From Vitrella brassicaformis CCMP3155 (Eukaryota; Protista; Chromerida): a stretch of 64,000 nt of DNA. The DNA lies in NCBI GenBank assembly GCA_001179505.1, contig CDMY01000077.1:1-64000 (forward strand). Reading direction: 5' to 3'. Below are positions 62,708 to 64,000 of the stretch, in pieces (within the stretch, counting starts at the first letter, position 1; every line of letters starts with the position of its first letter). The position numbers were made by a program, and so were the translations under genes. The notes beneath the pieces were generated by a model. The model worked only from the letters and a program-made list of their open reading frames with translations. It had not been told where the DNA came from and did not search any database.

Positions 62708-64000
62708 ATGCAGCGGCTCTCTTTCCTTTTCTTGGCTTGTGTGGCCGCGAGGGCGGCAGGTGGCCGGTTCGGCTGCTACCAGTATGTGCACCCCCGCCCC
62801 GGCTCCGACATGGTGTCTGCCGTGACGACCATCGCCGTTCGGCAGGGCCATCGGCTGCTGCCTGAGACCATCGAGAACAAGCTGTGGATCAAGGGTGAGC
62901 AGACGGGCGAACTGTCCGGGTGGCACCACATCGCCAACGACGGCAAGACGCTCATCGTCAACATCCCCCAGCCCTTCGCCCCTGGCGAGAGGGTATTCCT
63001 CAAAATCATCCCCGGCATTGCCACCCTTGACGGCTCCGTGTGCGAGGAAGCGCTCGAGTACAATTTCAAGGTCTCTTGGAAGCCCGTCAGGGAGTACCGG
63101 TCAGCCTGGGCCCTCGGCAGCGCCACAGACCCCACTCTCTTTAACCCCTGGACCGTCCCGCAGGCACGTGAGTCCGTCCAGCCGTCTGATCCCAAGTTCC
63201 ACAACGGAGGCGGCAAAGCTGGTCCGCCCGCAGCCCCCGGTATCGGCGGCCGACAGCTAGAGGCCAACGCGACAGCCGAGATGAGTCCTGAGGAGAGGAG
63301 GCGGATGCAGCAGAAGGCCGCGAAGGAGTCGTGGGAGAGGTTTGTTGATGCGGTCAATCGGCATGGGATGCCTCCGGGAGACAGGGCGGCTTATGAGAAG
63401 CACAGAGAAGTCATGAAGACGGCCTTCAAGCAGTATGTGAGGCCAAAGGCGGCGCAGCGGGGGAAGGGGAAAGGCCACACAATCAAGGCCAGCGCTCAGG
63501 AGGCGAATACCGGCGACGGCGATGGGCAGGAGGGTGAGGAGGTCAACCTGAGGGCCTCCTCTATGTGGACGGCTCCGTACAAGGACTGGAAGACCATCCC
63601 GGGCGACCTGCCGCTCATCGACGTCAAGCACGGTCCGGCCCAAGGGCTGAGCAAGGGCTTCATATTCTCGTCCAACATGCGGTACCCCGAGGACCAATGG
63701 GGCGCCTACTTGATCATATCGGACGACGTGGGGCAGCCGGTGTGGTTCAAGCGCGTGTGGGACGACGGGTACATCTGGTCGCTCATCGACCTCAAGGTGC
63801 AGCGCAACGGCAACTTCACCTACCACGACACCAACGCCAGCACCTACGTCGAGATGGGGCACGACTACGAGATATGTAAACGGTACTTCCCCGGCCACGG
63901 ATACTTCGCCAACGCCCACGACTTCCAAGTCAACGAAAAGGGCCACTCCCTCATGATTGTGTACCAGACGGAGGGCATGGACGTCAAGGCCATGGGCATC
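62708..64000 (+). CDS. Bacterial-type arylsulfate sulfotransferase (ASST) with N-terminal Ig-like domain, 5' part
   Basis: 431 intron-free codons to the window end. Signal MQRLSFLFLACVAARA; YQYVHPRPGS...DGKTLIVNIPQPFAPGERV; GFIFSSN..YLIISDDVGQPVWF; DLKVQRNGNFTY; GHGYFANAHDFQVNEKGHSLMIVY. Confidence 0.82.
   Translation, partial: MQRLSFLFLACVAARAAGGRFGCYQYVHPRPGSDMVSAVTTIAVRQGHRLLPETIENKLWIKGEQTGELSGWHHIANDGKTLIVNIPQPFAPGERVFLKIIPGIATLDGSVCEEALEYNFKVSWKPVREYRSAWALGSATDPTLFNPWTVPQARESVQPSDPKFHNGGGKAGPPAAPGIGGRQLEANATAEMSPEERRRMQQKAAKESWERFVDAVNRHGMPPGDRAAYEKHREVMKTAFKQYVRPKAAQRGKGKGHTIKASAQEANTGDGDGQEGEEVNLRASSMWTAPYKDWKTIPGDLPLIDVKHGPAQGLSKGFIFSSNMRYPEDQWGAYLIISDDVGQPVWFKRVWDDGYIWSLIDLKVQRNGNFTYHDTNASTYVEMGHDYEICKRYFPGHGYFANAHDFQVNEKGHSLMIVYQTEGMDVKAMGI

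Noticed and set aside
1-64000. rRNA, tRNA, CRISPR arrays, prokaryotic operons
   Set aside because: No such structures seen; the sequence is eukaryotic and the tandem repeats lack unique spacers.

Overview
Eukaryotic, GC-rich, intron-dense DNA with short GT-AG introns full of (GT)n, (CA)n, (ATCC)n and (CAGA)n microsatellites. The style suggests an alveolate alga such as the chromerid Vitrella; this is inference, not confirmed. There are six 300-N gaps and one single N. The left third is accessory. It holds CRE-like (RLE-type) non-LTR retrotransposon pieces, an intron-rich P/THAP9-like DDE transposase gene, a LINE remnant with a duplicated 3' end and (AACC)n tail, two decaying RING-HC paralogs, and a secreted protein with a phage-tail-fibre-type S74-like chaperone domain. 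The middle holds an atypical kinase, cadherin/Ig-like secreted proteins, a divergent TGS1-like cap methyltransferase with a partial duplicate, and a 459-bp MITE with 25-bp TIRs and an 8-bp TSD. The right half is mostly core genes: a 2H-phosphoesterase-like gene, PheRS alpha, U1-C, FUN14, an F-box-like gene, trehalase, and ALC1/CHD1L with an unusual PIP/RGG/BRCT tail. It ends with an expansin-trefoil fusion and a bacterial-type arylsulfate sulfotransferase running off the window. Gene models were spliced by eye and family calls rest on remembered motifs, not database searches.
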